A DNA stretch of 64,000 nt, taken from the NCBI GenBank assembly GCA_027451865.1, contig DAIDHW010000001.1, forward strand, positions 81,798-145,797, written 5' to 3'. The notes under the pieces are model-generated. The model was not told where the DNA came from. It was given only the letters and a program-made list of their open reading frames with translations, and ran no database searches. Position numbers and translations under genes: made by a program. Source of the stretch: Leptolyngbyaceae cyanobacterium clean351. GTDB lineage: Bacteria > Cyanobacteriota > Cyanobacteriia > DAIDHW01. Positions 9,809-19,871 of the stretch are shown in pieces; within the stretch, counting starts at the first letter, position 1; each line of letters begins with the position of its first letter.

Positions 9809-10753
9809 TTAACTCAAGGAGTAGGTCTGCACCGCCTTGAGGGCGTGATAAACCAAAAACAACTGGGTCAAGGCCAAAGGAAAACTCTGGAGCGCTTCAC
9901 CAGTGGTGGTGACCAATTTACCCACCTCAAGATTGGGCTCCCGGCCGCACACGTGCCTCATCCCCGGCATGTCCTCACAAATCAACTCCTCCACCCGCCG
10001 GACCCTTTCCTCCGTGGCGTGGCCATCAATTTCCAGCACGTCTACCGGCTTACCCATATCCCGGTCTAACCCCAGACGCACCGAGGAGGACCCCGTATCA
10101 GCGCTAGTTTCGATTAAGGGCAGCAGGTCTGGGTGGGGGAGAGTAGGCCGCAGCACCAGGCGGACGTTGAGCTGAGTGTCTTGGTTAGGATTGTCTGGGG
10201 GAGCATAGAAAGACACCACCACATCCGCCCAGCGTCTTTGGGGTCGAATGTAGGCCTCTGAGTCGGGCTCACGCCGCTGCATATCCAGAATCACCTGCTC
10301 CTCGGTATAACCGCGCTTCATGGTGTCCCGCTTGACCTTCCACTTGTGGCGCAGCTCCTCCGCCGGCGCCAGGTATACCTTGACATCAAAGGCACCACGG
10401 CAACCGAGGGTAGAATAGCCCAGCAACCCCTCCACCACTACGAACCGCTTGGGTTTGACGTAGACCGGGGCATCAAAGGTGCCGGTTTTGTGGTCGTAAA
10501 CTGGCTTAAGGATCGGCTGACCGGTGCGCAACAGGTTCAGGTGCTGCTGCATAATGTCTAGGAAATTGCACTCTGGGTGCAGAGGGGTAATACCTAGTCG
10601 GGCCCGCTGTTGCCGGTCGTAGCGGTGGTAGTCATCGGTGCAGATTACAGTGACGTCATCGGGACCCAACAGTTGGGCAATGCCACGGGTGAGCGTTGTC
10701 TTGCCGGCAGCGCTATCACCGACAATGCCAATCATGATGGGGCGTTGAGTCAT
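9809..10753 (-). CDS. prk: Phosphoribulokinase family protein (non-canonical paralog)
   Basis: [10 protein letters not shown]-loop, [24 protein letters not shown]. Confidence 0.8.
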   Translation of the reverse strand: MTQRPIMIGIVGDSAAGKTTLTRGIAQLLGPDDVTVICTDDYHRYDRQQRARLGITPLHPECNFLDIMQQHLNLLRTGQPILKPVYDHKTGTFDAPVYVKPKRFVVVEGLLGYSTLGCRGAFDVKVYLAPAEELRHKWKVKRDTMKRGYTEEQVILDMQRREPDSEAYIRPQRRWADVVVSFYAPPDNPNQDTQLNVRLVLRPTLPHPDLLPLIETSADTGSSSVRLGLDRDMGKPVDVLEIDGHATEERVRRVEELICEDMPGMRHVCGREPNLEVGKLVTTTGEALQSFPLALTQLFLVYHALKAVQTYSLS

Positions 10754-10858
10754 GGTTTTATGGGTGGCAAACGAGTTCCTAATTTAATCATGTTTTCCAG
10801 GTGGATATTGACCTAGCTAACAATTATTTTAATTGTGCTGGTTTGAAGACTTTTTTGC

Positions 10859-12250
10859 CTAAGACAGCCATTGGGGTACTGCCCCCAAAAAGGGCAGTAC
10901 CTCTAACTTAGCCAGTTGCGGAGTTTGGCCAGGCTGAGTCGCCAAGGGCAGCAGCCAGATGTACCCCTGGGTCGAGTGACTTTCACTCAGGAGTAGCTGC
11001 AGACCATCCCCGGACAGACTCAGGTGCCAGTCCATCTGGTCAGGGGGCAGCAGGACCAGAGGGGTTACTTGATCTGTTGCCGGGTTGATTACCACTAGGG
11101 AGGGTTGCTCCCGGTCTAATACCCCCGCTAAGCGCTGGGTAAATAGACAGTACAACTTATGACCGGTAGGGTCAAAAATAGCCTGGAGAATCGTGCCCCC
11201 GGTACGCAGGAGCTGCTTTTGGACCCCTTGGTTAGTTACCAGGTACAGAGAACGGGTATAGTCCTGGTTGAATTGCACCATAGCAGCCTGGGTGCCGTCG
11301 GCCGAGAAATTCAGTACCTGACCGAAACGAGCCAAGAAGTCGAGGGGTTCGGCCTGGGGCTGGAGGGGCAACACCGCTACCCCCTGACCCTGGGCAACCA
11401 CTACGTCCGTGCCGTCGGGAGTGATCTTAAAGTCCCCCCCGGGTTTGTTGTTGAGGGGTTGGGGAGGCTGGTGGGGGCGCAGGACCCATAGGCGGGGCGC
11501 CGCTAGGTCCTTGTGACTTGCCCTTTGGACAACGATGGTTTGACCATCTGGGGAAAGTTCAAACTGGAGGTTGTCGTAGGCACGATTATCTAGTACTAGT
11601 TCTACATGCCCCGGGAGATGGCCGTCTAAGCCTGTGGTGACGCTGTAGAGTTGTTGGCGGCTGAGGTTTAGTTGCCCCGGGGGCAAGGCGGCAAACAGGA
11701 GCTTATCTCCCCGCGGGTAGGGCTGAAACCTTACGATACTCAGGTTGGGGGGGGTGAGGACCTGCTTGTATTGGCGAGTGAAGTTGTAGAGGATCAATCT
11801 ACCCTGTTCTTGCCCGGTGACGCCAATGTAGGCGAAGGCCTGGTCAGGGGTTTTAAATTGGCCCCTGAAGGGTTGCATCACGGCACCGTAAAGGTCACGA
11901 GCTCCAGCCAGGGTAATCTGGTAGCGCTGGCCGTAGGGGGCCGGCTGGCTCAGGGTATAGGCTAGGCGCCGGCCGGCCCAACTGAGGGTACCCCCTAAGG
12001 GAGGGTCGACCTGCAGGTTAGCCGCTACGCTTGCCTGGTTCATAGGACGACTGAACTCAAGTATAAAGGCCCGCTCTTGACCGTCAATTACCCGGTCCTG
12101 CCAGGAAAAATGGCGCACCCAAGCTAGGGTATGACTCCCACTCCACACTAACCCTAGGGCTGCCAATCCCAAGCCCAGGATCACCCCCCAAAGGACCTGG
12201 TCGAGGCGGGACGGGGCAGATTTGGCGAGTTTATCAGGAGAGTTGGTCAT
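10859..12250 (-). CDS. Exported protein with Ig-like domain and TolB-like beta-propeller
   Basis: N-terminal TM; FSRPMN..SV Big_5-like motif; repeated SPDG/TPDG/SADG blades. Confidence 0.7.
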   Translation of the reverse strand: MTNSPDKLAKSAPSRLDQVLWGVILGLGLAALGLVWSGSHTLAWVRHFSWQDRVIDGQERAFILEFSRPMNQASVAANLQVDPPLGGTLSWAGRRLAYTLSQPAPYGQRYQITLAGARDLYGAVMQPFRGQFKTPDQAFAYIGVTGQEQGRLILYNFTRQYKQVLTPPNLSIVRFQPYPRGDKLLFAALPPGQLNLSRQQLYSVTTGLDGHLPGHVELVLDNRAYDNLQFELSPDGQTIVVQRASHKDLAAPRLWVLRPHQPPQPLNNKPGGDFKITPDGTDVVVAQGQGVAVLPLQPQAEPLDFLARFGQVLNFSADGTQAAMVQFNQDYTRSLYLVTNQGVQKQLLRTGGTILQAIFDPTGHKLYCLFTQRLAGVLDREQPSLVVINPATDQVTPLVLLPPDQMDWHLSLSGDGLQLLLSESHSTQGYIWLLPLATQPGQTPQLAKLEVLPFLGAVPQWLS

Positions 12251-12458
12251 GGGCGGGGTCTAGGGGAGGGCTTTAAGATCATCTAATCTAATACACTGCA
12301 AAGAGTCTCAGTGCCTGTAGGGAGTCACATAGAACATAAAACCAGTAGTCTCGGCTGCTAGGACTCATTGAAGCAGGAACAAAACATCTTGAGTTTCCTA
12401 GACAATCGCAAAAGCCATTGAGGGATGCTAATTAATGCAAATTGGCTAGAGAGGCAGC

Positions 12459-13445
12459 CTAGAGATAAACTAGCCCCCCGGAACTAGCTGCTTGCCGAGC
12501 CCCATCTGCCACCCGGTGGGCCGCCAAACTCCCCGCCAAGGTGACGTAGAGGGGGGTGCCCGCCGTGAGGTGGTCTAGCACCATGGTGGTGTCTTGGGCA
12601 AACAGACCCCGGCGCGGACTAACGGTCAAAGGTTGCTTATTTTCCCCCCGCTGGCAATGCCCTTCATCCCCATCGAACACTAGCCGGCCTTCTGCTCCCT
12701 GGACCTCTAGGAGCCGCTCGGCAGGACCAACCCCCTCCCCTTTAGCGTAGAAGACCTCTCCGGTGGCGCCACTGGCAAAGGTCAGCTGGGCCTGGCAGAT
12801 GCAGGTGCAAAAGTAGGGGTCCTGGTCACCCTGGTACTCTAGTTGGCAGCTGACGGCGACCACTGGACCGAGGGCGTGGGTGAGGCGGTGGATCCGTGAG
12901 ACACCGGCAAGCAAAGGAAATCCGAATAACTCCCGGTGGTAGGTCCAGCGGCGGGGGGCCGGGGCTTGGGGCGCCACGGTGCGATAGCAAGCCGATCTGA
13001 CCGGACCAATTTCTCCTAGGTGGCTCACCAGGGCTTGGTGCACTCCCCCCAACAGCTCAATGTGCTCCACGTGTAACAGGCGGTGCTGCTGCTCAGCTAG
13101 GGTAACCAGAGCGTAGGCCTGGGCCAAGTCTAGGGCGAGGGGATACTCCACCACCACGTGCTTACCCGCACTCAAGGCTGCCTGGATCACCGGACCGTGG
13201 AGGGCGTTTACCGTGGCCACCACCACCAGGTCTACCTGGGGATGCCGGACTAGATCTTCCCATGCGGAGAGGGGTTCTAGGTTAAAGCTATCGGCAAAGG
13301 CGCGGGTGGTGGCGGGTTGATGGCCAGCCACTGCTACGACCTGGGACCGGGGGTCAAGGGCGAAGGTTTCTGCCCGCAGCTTAGCGGCATAGCCAGTACC
13401 CACTAACCCCACCCGCACCGGGGCCTCTAGGGGTGCACTCCTCAT
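12459..13445 (-). CDS. bvdR: Biliverdin reductase (Gfo/Idh/MocA family)
   Basis: GTGYAA, KHVVVEYP, LHVEHIELLGGVH, RWTY..FGFP and RRGLF..DT motifs characteristic of cyanobacterial BvdR. Confidence 0.85.
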   Translation of the reverse strand: MRSAPLEAPVRVGLVGTGYAAKLRAETFALDPRSQVVAVAGHQPATTRAFADSFNLEPLSAWEDLVRHPQVDLVVVATVNALHGPVIQAALSAGKHVVVEYPLALDLAQAYALVTLAEQQHRLLHVEHIELLGGVHQALVSHLGEIGPVRSACYRTVAPQAPAPRRWTYHRELFGFPLLAGVSRIHRLTHALGPVVAVSCQLEYQGDQDPYFCTCICQAQLTFASGATGEVFYAKGEGVGPAERLLEVQGAEGRLVFDGDEGHCQRGENKQPLTVSPRRGLFAQDTTMVLDHLTAGTPLYVTLAGSLAAHRVADGARQAASSGGLVYL

Positions 13446-13448
13446 AGG

Positions 13449-13556
13449 TCAGTCCCGGCGGGTCCAGATCCCTGTAAACATCATAGTCATCCCCCCCACT
13501 AGGATCAGGACGGCCAGGCCCCCCGCGGTCACACTCAACCAATCTAAACTCTCCAT
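13449..13556 (-). CDS. Small single-TM protein (35 aa)
   Basis: MESLDWLSVTAGGLAVLILVGGMTMMFTGIWTRRD; ends 3 bp before the bvdR start. Confidence 0.55.
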   Translation of the reverse strand: MESLDWLSVTAGGLAVLILVGGMTMMFTGIWTRRD

Positions 13557-13826
13557 GGTTTTCCGCTGTATAGTCTCCCCCCAGTATAGGTGGCGGTTGA
13601 ACCTAGGAGCCGCCGGGGGGAAAACCTTCCTGAGGGGCTTCAGAGCCCTCTGACAACTGCAGGTAAGGGGCAACTTGTAAAATTTTGTTTATTTACTTAG
13701 AAAAGTGTTAATTAGATCCGTAAGCATTATTTAAGTTTTCTGTCTTAATCCACAAAGCCTTCTCACACTCCCCTACAGTGTCCTGTATAAAAAACTACGA
13801 ACCTTCCGTAAAGGTCTTTAGCCACC

Positions 13827-14186
13827 ATGACTGCAACTGTTCCCCCATCTACCTTACAGACTGCCCTAGTCCTTTTCGACCGTACTGGTTTGTTCAAGGT
13901 ATGCCTAACTAACTCCCATTGGTACCAGGAGCAACAAACCTGGGTCTATCAGGCCGTGGTGGGATTGGGATTGAGCATGGTGCTGAAGACTTCCTTGAAT
14001 CTCAAGGAGTTTGAGCACCTAGTGGTGCGCACTGGCAGTGAGTCAGCCCTGATCGTGCGCCGGCCTAACGGCGAATATCTAGCCATGGTCACCAGCAACC
14101 CCAGTCACACCTATACAGCTGAGGAGATTTACCACCTAGGGCATATGTCCCTGATCTACGGTCAACTACGCCTACAGGTGGCCTAG
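13827..14186 (+). CDS. Hypothetical protein, possible Roadblock/LC7-like fold
   Basis: 119-aa ATG ORF behind an AT-rich promoter region; beta-beta-alpha-beta-beta-beta pattern. Confidence 0.55.
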   Translation: MTATVPPSTLQTALVLFDRTGLFKVCLTNSHWYQEQQTWVYQAVVGLGLSMVLKTSLNLKEFEHLVVRTGSESALIVRRPNGEYLAMVTSNPSHTYTAEEIYHLGHMSLIYGQLRLQVA

Positions 14187-14187
14187 G

Positions 14188-14682
14188 TCATCCCGGGCCA
14201 ACCGGGGACAGGGAGTTGACCTTAAGAGAGCCGTCCGCTTGGGGGTAAGCCTCTCCCAGATAGAGGGGCTGAGAGACACCCGGTTGAGGGTGCAGGAGAG
14301 TGCGGGCCCGCAGAGTGATAGTTTGGCCAGAGCGCTGCAGTCGTCCCCGAGCCAGGAGCAGATCCCCAGCGGCTTGCCTGAGGGTGGCTTCTACCGCCGG
14401 GGGGTCAGTACCTGGGGGTACGACGATGACCGCCTGGTTAGCCCCGTTATCAAACACCAGGGAGTAGTGGACTGCTCCGGGAACTAGGGAGCGCATCAGG
14501 GGTGGGGCCAGACTAAGGGCAAGGAGACCCCCAGCCAGTACACCCATGAAACCCGTGACCCCTACTAGCCGGAAGCGGATACCCCAGCCAAATACAAATC
14601 CAGCTGCTGCTCCCAAAGCCGCCACCACGGTAATTACCGCCGCACCTTCCCAAGCTAACCAAAAGTTGTGGGGGGTGATCAT
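14188..14682 (-). CDS. ycf51: Ycf51 family protein (DUF2518)
   Basis: WGIRFRLVGVTGF, VFDNG, ATLRQAA, RARTLLHPQPGVS.PLYLG. Confidence 0.9.
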   Translation of the reverse strand: MITPHNFWLAWEGAAVITVVAALGAAAGFVFGWGIRFRLVGVTGFMGVLAGGLLALSLAPPLMRSLVPGAVHYSLVFDNGANQAVIVVPPGTDPPAVEATLRQAAGDLLLARGRLQRSGQTITLRARTLLHPQPGVSQPLYLGEAYPQADGSLKVNSLSPVGPG

Positions 14683-15146
14683 GGGGCCTCGGTAGTGACG
14701 GGTTGGCTAGGGTTGGTCAGGGCTGCCTTGAGGGTATGCCAGGGGAGGGCAGCACACTTGATGCGCACCGGGAACTGGGAGACCCCTTGCATGACGTTGA
14801 GCTTACGAAATTCCAGGGGCAGCTCTCCTTCGCCGCGCAGCATAGCCTGAAATTGATTCACCAGAGCTAAGGCAGCAGTTTTGTCACGGCCCCGCAGGGC
14901 CTCTGCCATTAGGTCCGTAGAGGCGAGGGCAATGGCACAGCCTTCCCCCTCAAACCTGATGTCGCGAATTCCTTCACCAGTCTCATCCCAGGCGATGGTC
15001 AGTTCCACTGTGTCTCCACAGGAGGGGTTATGCCCGCGTTGCTGACAATCTACAGGGTCGGTCTTACCCCGGTGGCGGGGTTTCTTGTAGCGCTCAAGAA
15101 TTACCTGTTGGTACAGATTACGGAGGTTACCAGTAGTCATGGGCAA
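14679..15146 (-). CDS. sufU: SUF-system NifU/SufU family Fe-S scaffold
   Basis: LYQQVIL, NPSCGD, GEGCAI, RIKCA. Confidence 0.92.
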   Translation of the reverse strand: MPMTTGNLRNLYQQVILERYKKPRHRGKTDPVDCQQRGHNPSCGDTVELTIAWDETGEGIRDIRFEGEGCAIALASTDLMAEALRGRDKTAALALVNQFQAMLRGEGELPLEFRKLNVMQGVSQFPVRIKCAALPWHTLKAALTNPSQPVTTEAP

Positions 15147-15189
15147 GGGAGAGGAGAACCCGAGAAGGGAGGAAAACTAGAAGGGGAAG

Positions 15190-15444
15190 CTAGCGGGGTA
15201 GAACGTCACTGACACCCAGTTGGGTTAGCTCCTCGGACATTTCTAGGATGGCTCGCATGACCGGCTTAACCCCCGACTCGTCTGAAATATCGTGGTCCTC
15301 CCGGCGCCGACGGCTGGCCCGGTTGGCTTGGTTAGCCCGCTTGGCCACTTGGACCGTGATGCGATAGCGGTTAGAAGCAGCATTAATTAACTCTTCCGCC
15401 CGCCGCATTAGTTGATTTGTGTCAATGGGTGTGGGTTTGTGCAC
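15190..15444 (-). CDS. rpoZ: RNA polymerase omega subunit
   Basis: [15 protein letters not shown]...[13 protein letters not shown], cyanobacterial RpoZ/Ycf61 pattern. Confidence 0.93.
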   Translation of the reverse strand: MHKPTPIDTNQLMRRAEELINAASNRYRITVQVAKRANQANRASRRRREDHDISDESGVKPVMRAILEMSEELTQLGVSDVLPR

Positions 15445-15478
15445 TTAGGTTCAGTTACCACCGTAGTTCACCACCATT

Positions 15479-16225
15479 CTATCGCAAGGCCTCAATTCGC
15501 AGCCGCCAGTAGTCTATTACCCAACTCCCCTCCCTGAACAGGTCTGGCCGCAGGGTGGCCTCAAGGTGCTGGATGACCGCCTCCCGGTCAGGGGGATACA
15601 AATTCCTGAGGATTTCCTCCTCAAACTGCTCAAGCCAACGGCGCAACCCTAATTCTCCATCCTCTAGGGGGGTTGGGCGGGGGAAAAATTGGGCCCGGCG
15701 CACGGAGAAACCCCGGTCCTCAAGGAGGGTGGCGTACTCAGAGAGGCGGGGAAAGTAGCGCCGCTCCTGCACCTGCTGGCCCACCACCTGGGCAAAGGCC
15801 GTCTGGATCGCCATGCTGACCCGAGCAATGTTGCCGTAACCCCCCAATTCCACCACTAGACGGCCTCCGGGCTTTAGGGCTGCGGCCATACAGACTACCG
15901 CTGCCTCGGCTGCCGTGACCCAATGCAGGGCAGCATTGGAAAAGATAGCGTCGAAGGGCTCAGGAAAGTGGAAGTCAGTCGCATCGGCCACGGTAAATTC
16001 CAGGTGTGGGTAGGTCTGACGCGCCCGAGCAACCATGGCAGCCGATCGGTCCATACCCAAGACTCGGGCTCCTGCCTGGGCGATCTGGCTGGTCAGGTGG
16101 CCAGTGCCGCAGCCTAGGTCCAGGATGTATTCCCCGGGTTGAGGGCGTAACCAAGTTATCAGATCGGCGCCGTAGTCAGAGACGAATTTGTGGCTTTGGT
16201 CGTAGAGAATGGGATTCCAGTCCAT
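15479..16225 (-). CDS. Class I SAM-dependent methyltransferase (Tam-like)
   Basis: ILDLGCGTG, FDAIFSNAALHW. Confidence 0.9.
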   Translation of the reverse strand: MDWNPILYDQSHKFVSDYGADLITWLRPQPGEYILDLGCGTGHLTSQIAQAGARVLGMDRSAAMVARARQTYPHLEFTVADATDFHFPEPFDAIFSNAALHWVTAAEAAVVCMAAALKPGGRLVVELGGYGNIARVSMAIQTAFAQVVGQQVQERRYFPRLSEYATLLEDRGFSVRRAQFFPRPTPLEDGELGLRRWLEQFEEEILRNLYPPDREAVIQHLEATLRPDLFREGSWVIDYWRLRIEALR

Positions 16226-16247
16226 GGAAAGGTGGGGAGGAATTACC

Positions 16248-16613
16248 CTATTCTAGGGACTCGTGGCCAAGCTTCCGCCAGTCTAGGGACTCAAGCTTCT
16301 TTAACTGCTCTCCCTGGGTCTGGGCCCGATTGGCAATGATTTTGCCTACTAGATCACATAGTTCAAAAAGAGCCGGGTTAGCCACTTGGTAGTAGACCTT
16401 GATACCCCGTTGCTCCCGGGTAACCAAGCCCGCCCTAGCTAGGAGTTGCAGTTGTTTAGAGACGTTAGCCTGCCCCAGACCGGTGCCCTGGACAATTTGG
16501 GTGACATTTTGCTCACCCTCGCGCAGACAGCAGAGAATCTGCAGCCGACTGACCTCGGCCAGGACCTGCAAAAAGTCGGTGATCAGCGCCAAAGCAGCAG
16601 TAGAGATGTTCAT
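16248..16613 (-). CDS. ArsR/SmtB family transcriptional regulator
   Basis: SRLQILCCL, QANVSKQL..L..AGLV HTH, VYY wing. Confidence 0.92.
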   Translation of the reverse strand: MNISTAALALITDFLQVLAEVSRLQILCCLREGEQNVTQIVQGTGLGQANVSKQLQLLARAGLVTREQRGIKVYYQVANPALFELCDLVGKIIANRAQTQGEQLKKLESLDWRKLGHESLE

Positions 16614-16628
16614 CGTGGGTTAATTAGG

Positions 16629-19600
16629 TCAGGATTGAGGTCGGGGGCGTCGGCGCCAAAACAGGTAGTAAAGAATCGGCACGGCAGAGCGGGAAATCAG
16701 GAGGGAAGCGACTTCCCCGGCCATCAGGGAAATAGCTAAGCCCTGAAAAATGGGGTCATCCAAAATCACCGCTGATCCCACCACCACTGCTGCTGCCGTC
16801 AAGAGCATGGGGCGAAAGCGCACTGCCCCCGCATCAATTACCGCCTCCTCCAGGGGGATTCCCTGAGCTAGCCGCAACTCAATGAAATCCACCAGAATAA
16901 TCGAGTTGCGCACCACAATCCCTGCTCCGGCGATAAACCCGATCATAGAGGTGGCACTGAAAAAAGCCCCCATCAACCAGTGGGCAGGCATGATGCCGAT
17001 CAAAGAGAAGGGAATCGCCGCCATAATCACCAAGGGAGTGCCAAAGGATTGAAACCAACCTACCACCAAGGCATAGATCAGGATCAACACCACACCAAAG
17101 GCAATCCCCAAGTCTCGAAATACCTCAAAGGTCACCTGCCATTCCCCGTCCCACTTAATGGCGTAGGCCAAAGTTGCAGGGGGCTGTTCTGTAAAGTAGG
17201 TCTTTAGAGCTTTGCCGTTAGGGGTAGGCAGCCGACTGATCTGGGGTTGGAGGCTAAGCATGGCGTAGATAGGACTTTCTATCTGACCAGCCACATCCCC
17301 CAAGACGTAGACCACTGGCTCAAGATTTTTGTGGTAAATGCTCTGGGGGGCCGTAGCTTTGACGAGGTGGGTGAGGGCACTGAGGGGCACTAGCCGACCA
17401 TCAGACCCCTGAACTGGTATGTTTCCCAAGTCCTCCACCCGGGAGCGCTCCGGGATGGCCAGCCGCACCCGGATATCCACGTCTTCCCGAGAGGTTGGGT
17501 CGTGTAAAATCCCCACCACCGTTCCGTTGAGGCTAGTTTGGAGGGTCTGACTGATGGCCGCTACCGTCACCCCATTCAGGGCCGCCTTTTGCCGGTCGAT
17601 TACCAGGTGATACTCTCGTTGAGGCGCCTGCACATACCAGTCCACGTCCACTACCCCGGGGGTTTGTTTGTAGGTGGTAAAAATTTCCCGGGCCAAGGCA
17701 ATCTGCCCCGCGTAGTCTGGCCCATAAACCTCCGTCACCAGGGAATCAAGGACTGGGGGCCCCGGGGGACTCTCGGTGACCTGAATGCGGGCCCCGTACT
17801 GGTTGGCAAGGGCGGCGAGGGACGGCCGGATCAATTCAGCCACGGCATGACTTTGGCGGTGGCGCTCACTGGCGGGGACTAAGTTAACTACCAAGTCGGC
17901 CACATTCGGACCACTGCGGAGGAAGTAGTGGCGCACCAGACCGTTGAAATTGTAGGGGGCTGCCAGTCCTACGTACCGTTGGTAGTTGAGTACGTCCGGG
18001 ACTGTCTCTAGATAAGCGGTCATCTCCTGGGTAACTAGGGCAGTTTTTTCCAAGGCGGTGCCCGCTGGGAGGGTGACAAGAACCTCTAGTTGACTTTTGT
18101 TGTCCGACGGCAACATTTTTAAGATCACCAACTTAAAGCCCACCAAAGTTACCAGAATCAACACTAGGACCACCGTGACCGTGACCAGAAAGGCTACTCC
18201 CCGCCGGGGAAAATGAATCAAGGGGTACATGAGGCGGCGGTATAGCTGGGTTAGGGCGTCCTCCTGCTCGTGGCCAGCTAAGTTGTGGCCGTCAGCAAAC
18301 ACCCGCAGGGTCACCCAAGGGACTATGATGAAAGCCACCAGGAGGGAAAAAACCATGGCCGCGGAGGCCCCCAGGGGAATAGGCCGCATGTAGGGACCCA
18401 TAAGACCCCGGACGAAGGCCATGGGCAAGATGGCGGCAATGACAGTTAGGGTGGCGAGGATCGTGGGATTGCCCACCTCATCCACAGCTTCCAGGATTAT
18501 GGCCCGCAGGACCGAGCGCCGCTGAGGAGCCGAGCGCAGCCGGTTTTGGCTTTCTGGTAACTGCAGATGGCGCCCCACGTTTTCCACTACCACGATGGCA
18601 TCATCCACTAGAATGCCAATGGAAAAGATCAAGGCAAAAAAGCTCACCCGGTTCAAGGTGAAGCCGTAGGCCAGAAAACTAGCTAGGGTGAGGGCCAGGG
18701 TGACCGGAATCGCCACCGCCGTCACCTTGGCCGCCCGCTGCCCCAAGGCCAAGGCCATCAGCAGGGTCACTGAGACGACGGCAATACCCATGTGCCACAG
18801 GAGCTGATTGGACCGCTCAGCGGCTGCCCGGCCATCATCCCGGGTGACCGTCAGGTGTACATTGGCGGGGATGTACTGGGGGCGAATTAGCTCGAGCTTA
18901 TGACGGACCGCTGCGGACATTTGGATGGCATTGGTTCGGGGTAATTTGGCCACGGCCAGGGTGACTGCTGCACCCTCTCCTTGGCCTTTTTGGCCGTAGA
19001 AGACGTAGCTATCTGGGGGCGCCGGTCCATCGGTCACCGTGGCCACATCCCGCAGGTACACCGGTCGACCAGCCCCGGTAGCCACCACTAGGTTCTCCAC
19101 TGCCTGGGCAGAGGTGAGAAAACCATCTGTGCGCACTAGCAGGGAGTGATTGTCCTCGGTCAGATCACCGCGGGCCGGTTGGGTGTTGGCGGCACCTAGA
19201 GCTGAGGTAATCTGCAGGGGGGTCAAGCCATAGCTGCTGAGACGCACTGGGTCTAGGTCTACCCGCAGGGTGCGGATTTGGCCCCCCAAAATGTGTACCT
19301 GGGAGACCGTAGGTACTGCCTTGATCTGCTCCTTGAGTTGGGCGGCGGTCTGGCGGAGGATAAAGCCATCAGCCTGATCACTCCAGAGGGTGAGGGTGAG
19401 GACCGCCACATCGTCGATGGAGCGCGGTTTAATCAGGGGCTGGGAGGCCCCCGGAGGAATTCGGTCGAGATTAGAGTAAAGCTTGGTGTAAAGCTGCGTG
19501 ATTGAGGTTTCCGAGTCTTGCCCGACCTGGAAGCGAGCAATCACTAGGGCGCTGTCGGCACTGGAGGTGGAGTAGACGTATTCTATGCCGGGAATCTCTC

Positions 19601-19853
19601 GAATGAGGTTTTCTAAGGGATAGGTGACTCGTTGTTCAATCTCCGCCGCTGAGGCTCCAGGCATCTGGACAAAGATGTCCGCCATGGGGACACTAATCTG
19701 AGGCTCCTCTTCCCGGGGCAAGATGAATAGAGCCCCTAGACCCATCAACAGGGCAACTAGGATCAACAGGAGTGTGGTCTTGGAGTCAATGAAGCGCTGG
19801 GCTAGGTGGCCCACAAAGCCTAGGGAACCCCGGGGAGGCGGCAGTTTAGTCAT
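16629..19853 (-). CDS. RND efflux transporter permease subunit
   Basis: PREEEPQI, GILVDDAIVVVEN, GIVVRNSIILVDF, RFRPMLLT. Confidence 0.95.
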   Translation of the reverse strand: MTKLPPPRGSLGFVGHLAQRFIDSKTTLLLILVALLMGLGALFILPREEEPQISVPMADIFVQMPGASAAEIEQRVTYPLENLIREIPGIEYVYSTSSADSALVIARFQVGQDSETSITQLYTKLYSNLDRIPPGASQPLIKPRSIDDVAVLTLTLWSDQADGFILRQTAAQLKEQIKAVPTVSQVHILGGQIRTLRVDLDPVRLSSYGLTPLQITSALGAANTQPARGDLTEDNHSLLVRTDGFLTSAQAVENLVVATGAGRPVYLRDVATVTDGPAPPDSYVFYGQKGQGEGAAVTLAVAKLPRTNAIQMSAAVRHKLELIRPQYIPANVHLTVTRDDGRAAAERSNQLLWHMGIAVVSVTLLMALALGQRAAKVTAVAIPVTLALTLASFLAYGFTLNRVSFFALIFSIGILVDDAIVVVENVGRHLQLPESQNRLRSAPQRRSVLRAIILEAVDEVGNPTILATLTVIAAILPMAFVRGLMGPYMRPIPLGASAAMVFSLLVAFIIVPWVTLRVFADGHNLAGHEQEDALTQLYRRLMYPLIHFPRRGVAFLVTVTVVLVLILVTLVGFKLVILKMLPSDNKSQLEVLVTLPAGTALEKTALVTQEMTAYLETVPDVLNYQRYVGLAAPYNFNGLVRHYFLRSGPNVADLVVNLVPASERHRQSHAVAELIRPSLAALANQYGARIQVTESPPGPPVLDSLVTEVYGPDYAGQIALAREIFTTYKQTPGVVDVDWYVQAPQREYHLVIDRQKAALNGVTVAAISQTLQTSLNGTVVGILHDPTSREDVDIRVRLAIPERSRVEDLGNIPVQGSDGRLVPLSALTHLVKATAPQSIYHKNLEPVVYVLGDVAGQIESPIYAMLSLQPQISRLPTPNGKALKTYFTEQPPATLAYAIKWDGEWQVTFEVFRDLGIAFGVVLILIYALVVGWFQSFGTPLVIMAAIPFSLIGIMPAHWLMGAFFSATSMIGFIAGAGIVVRNSIILVDFIELRLAQGIPLEEAVIDAGAVRFRPMLLTAAAVVVGSAVILDDPIFQGLAISLMAGEVASLLISRSAVPILYYLFWRRRPRPQS

Positions 19854-19871
19854 GGCGGGGGAGAATATAGT

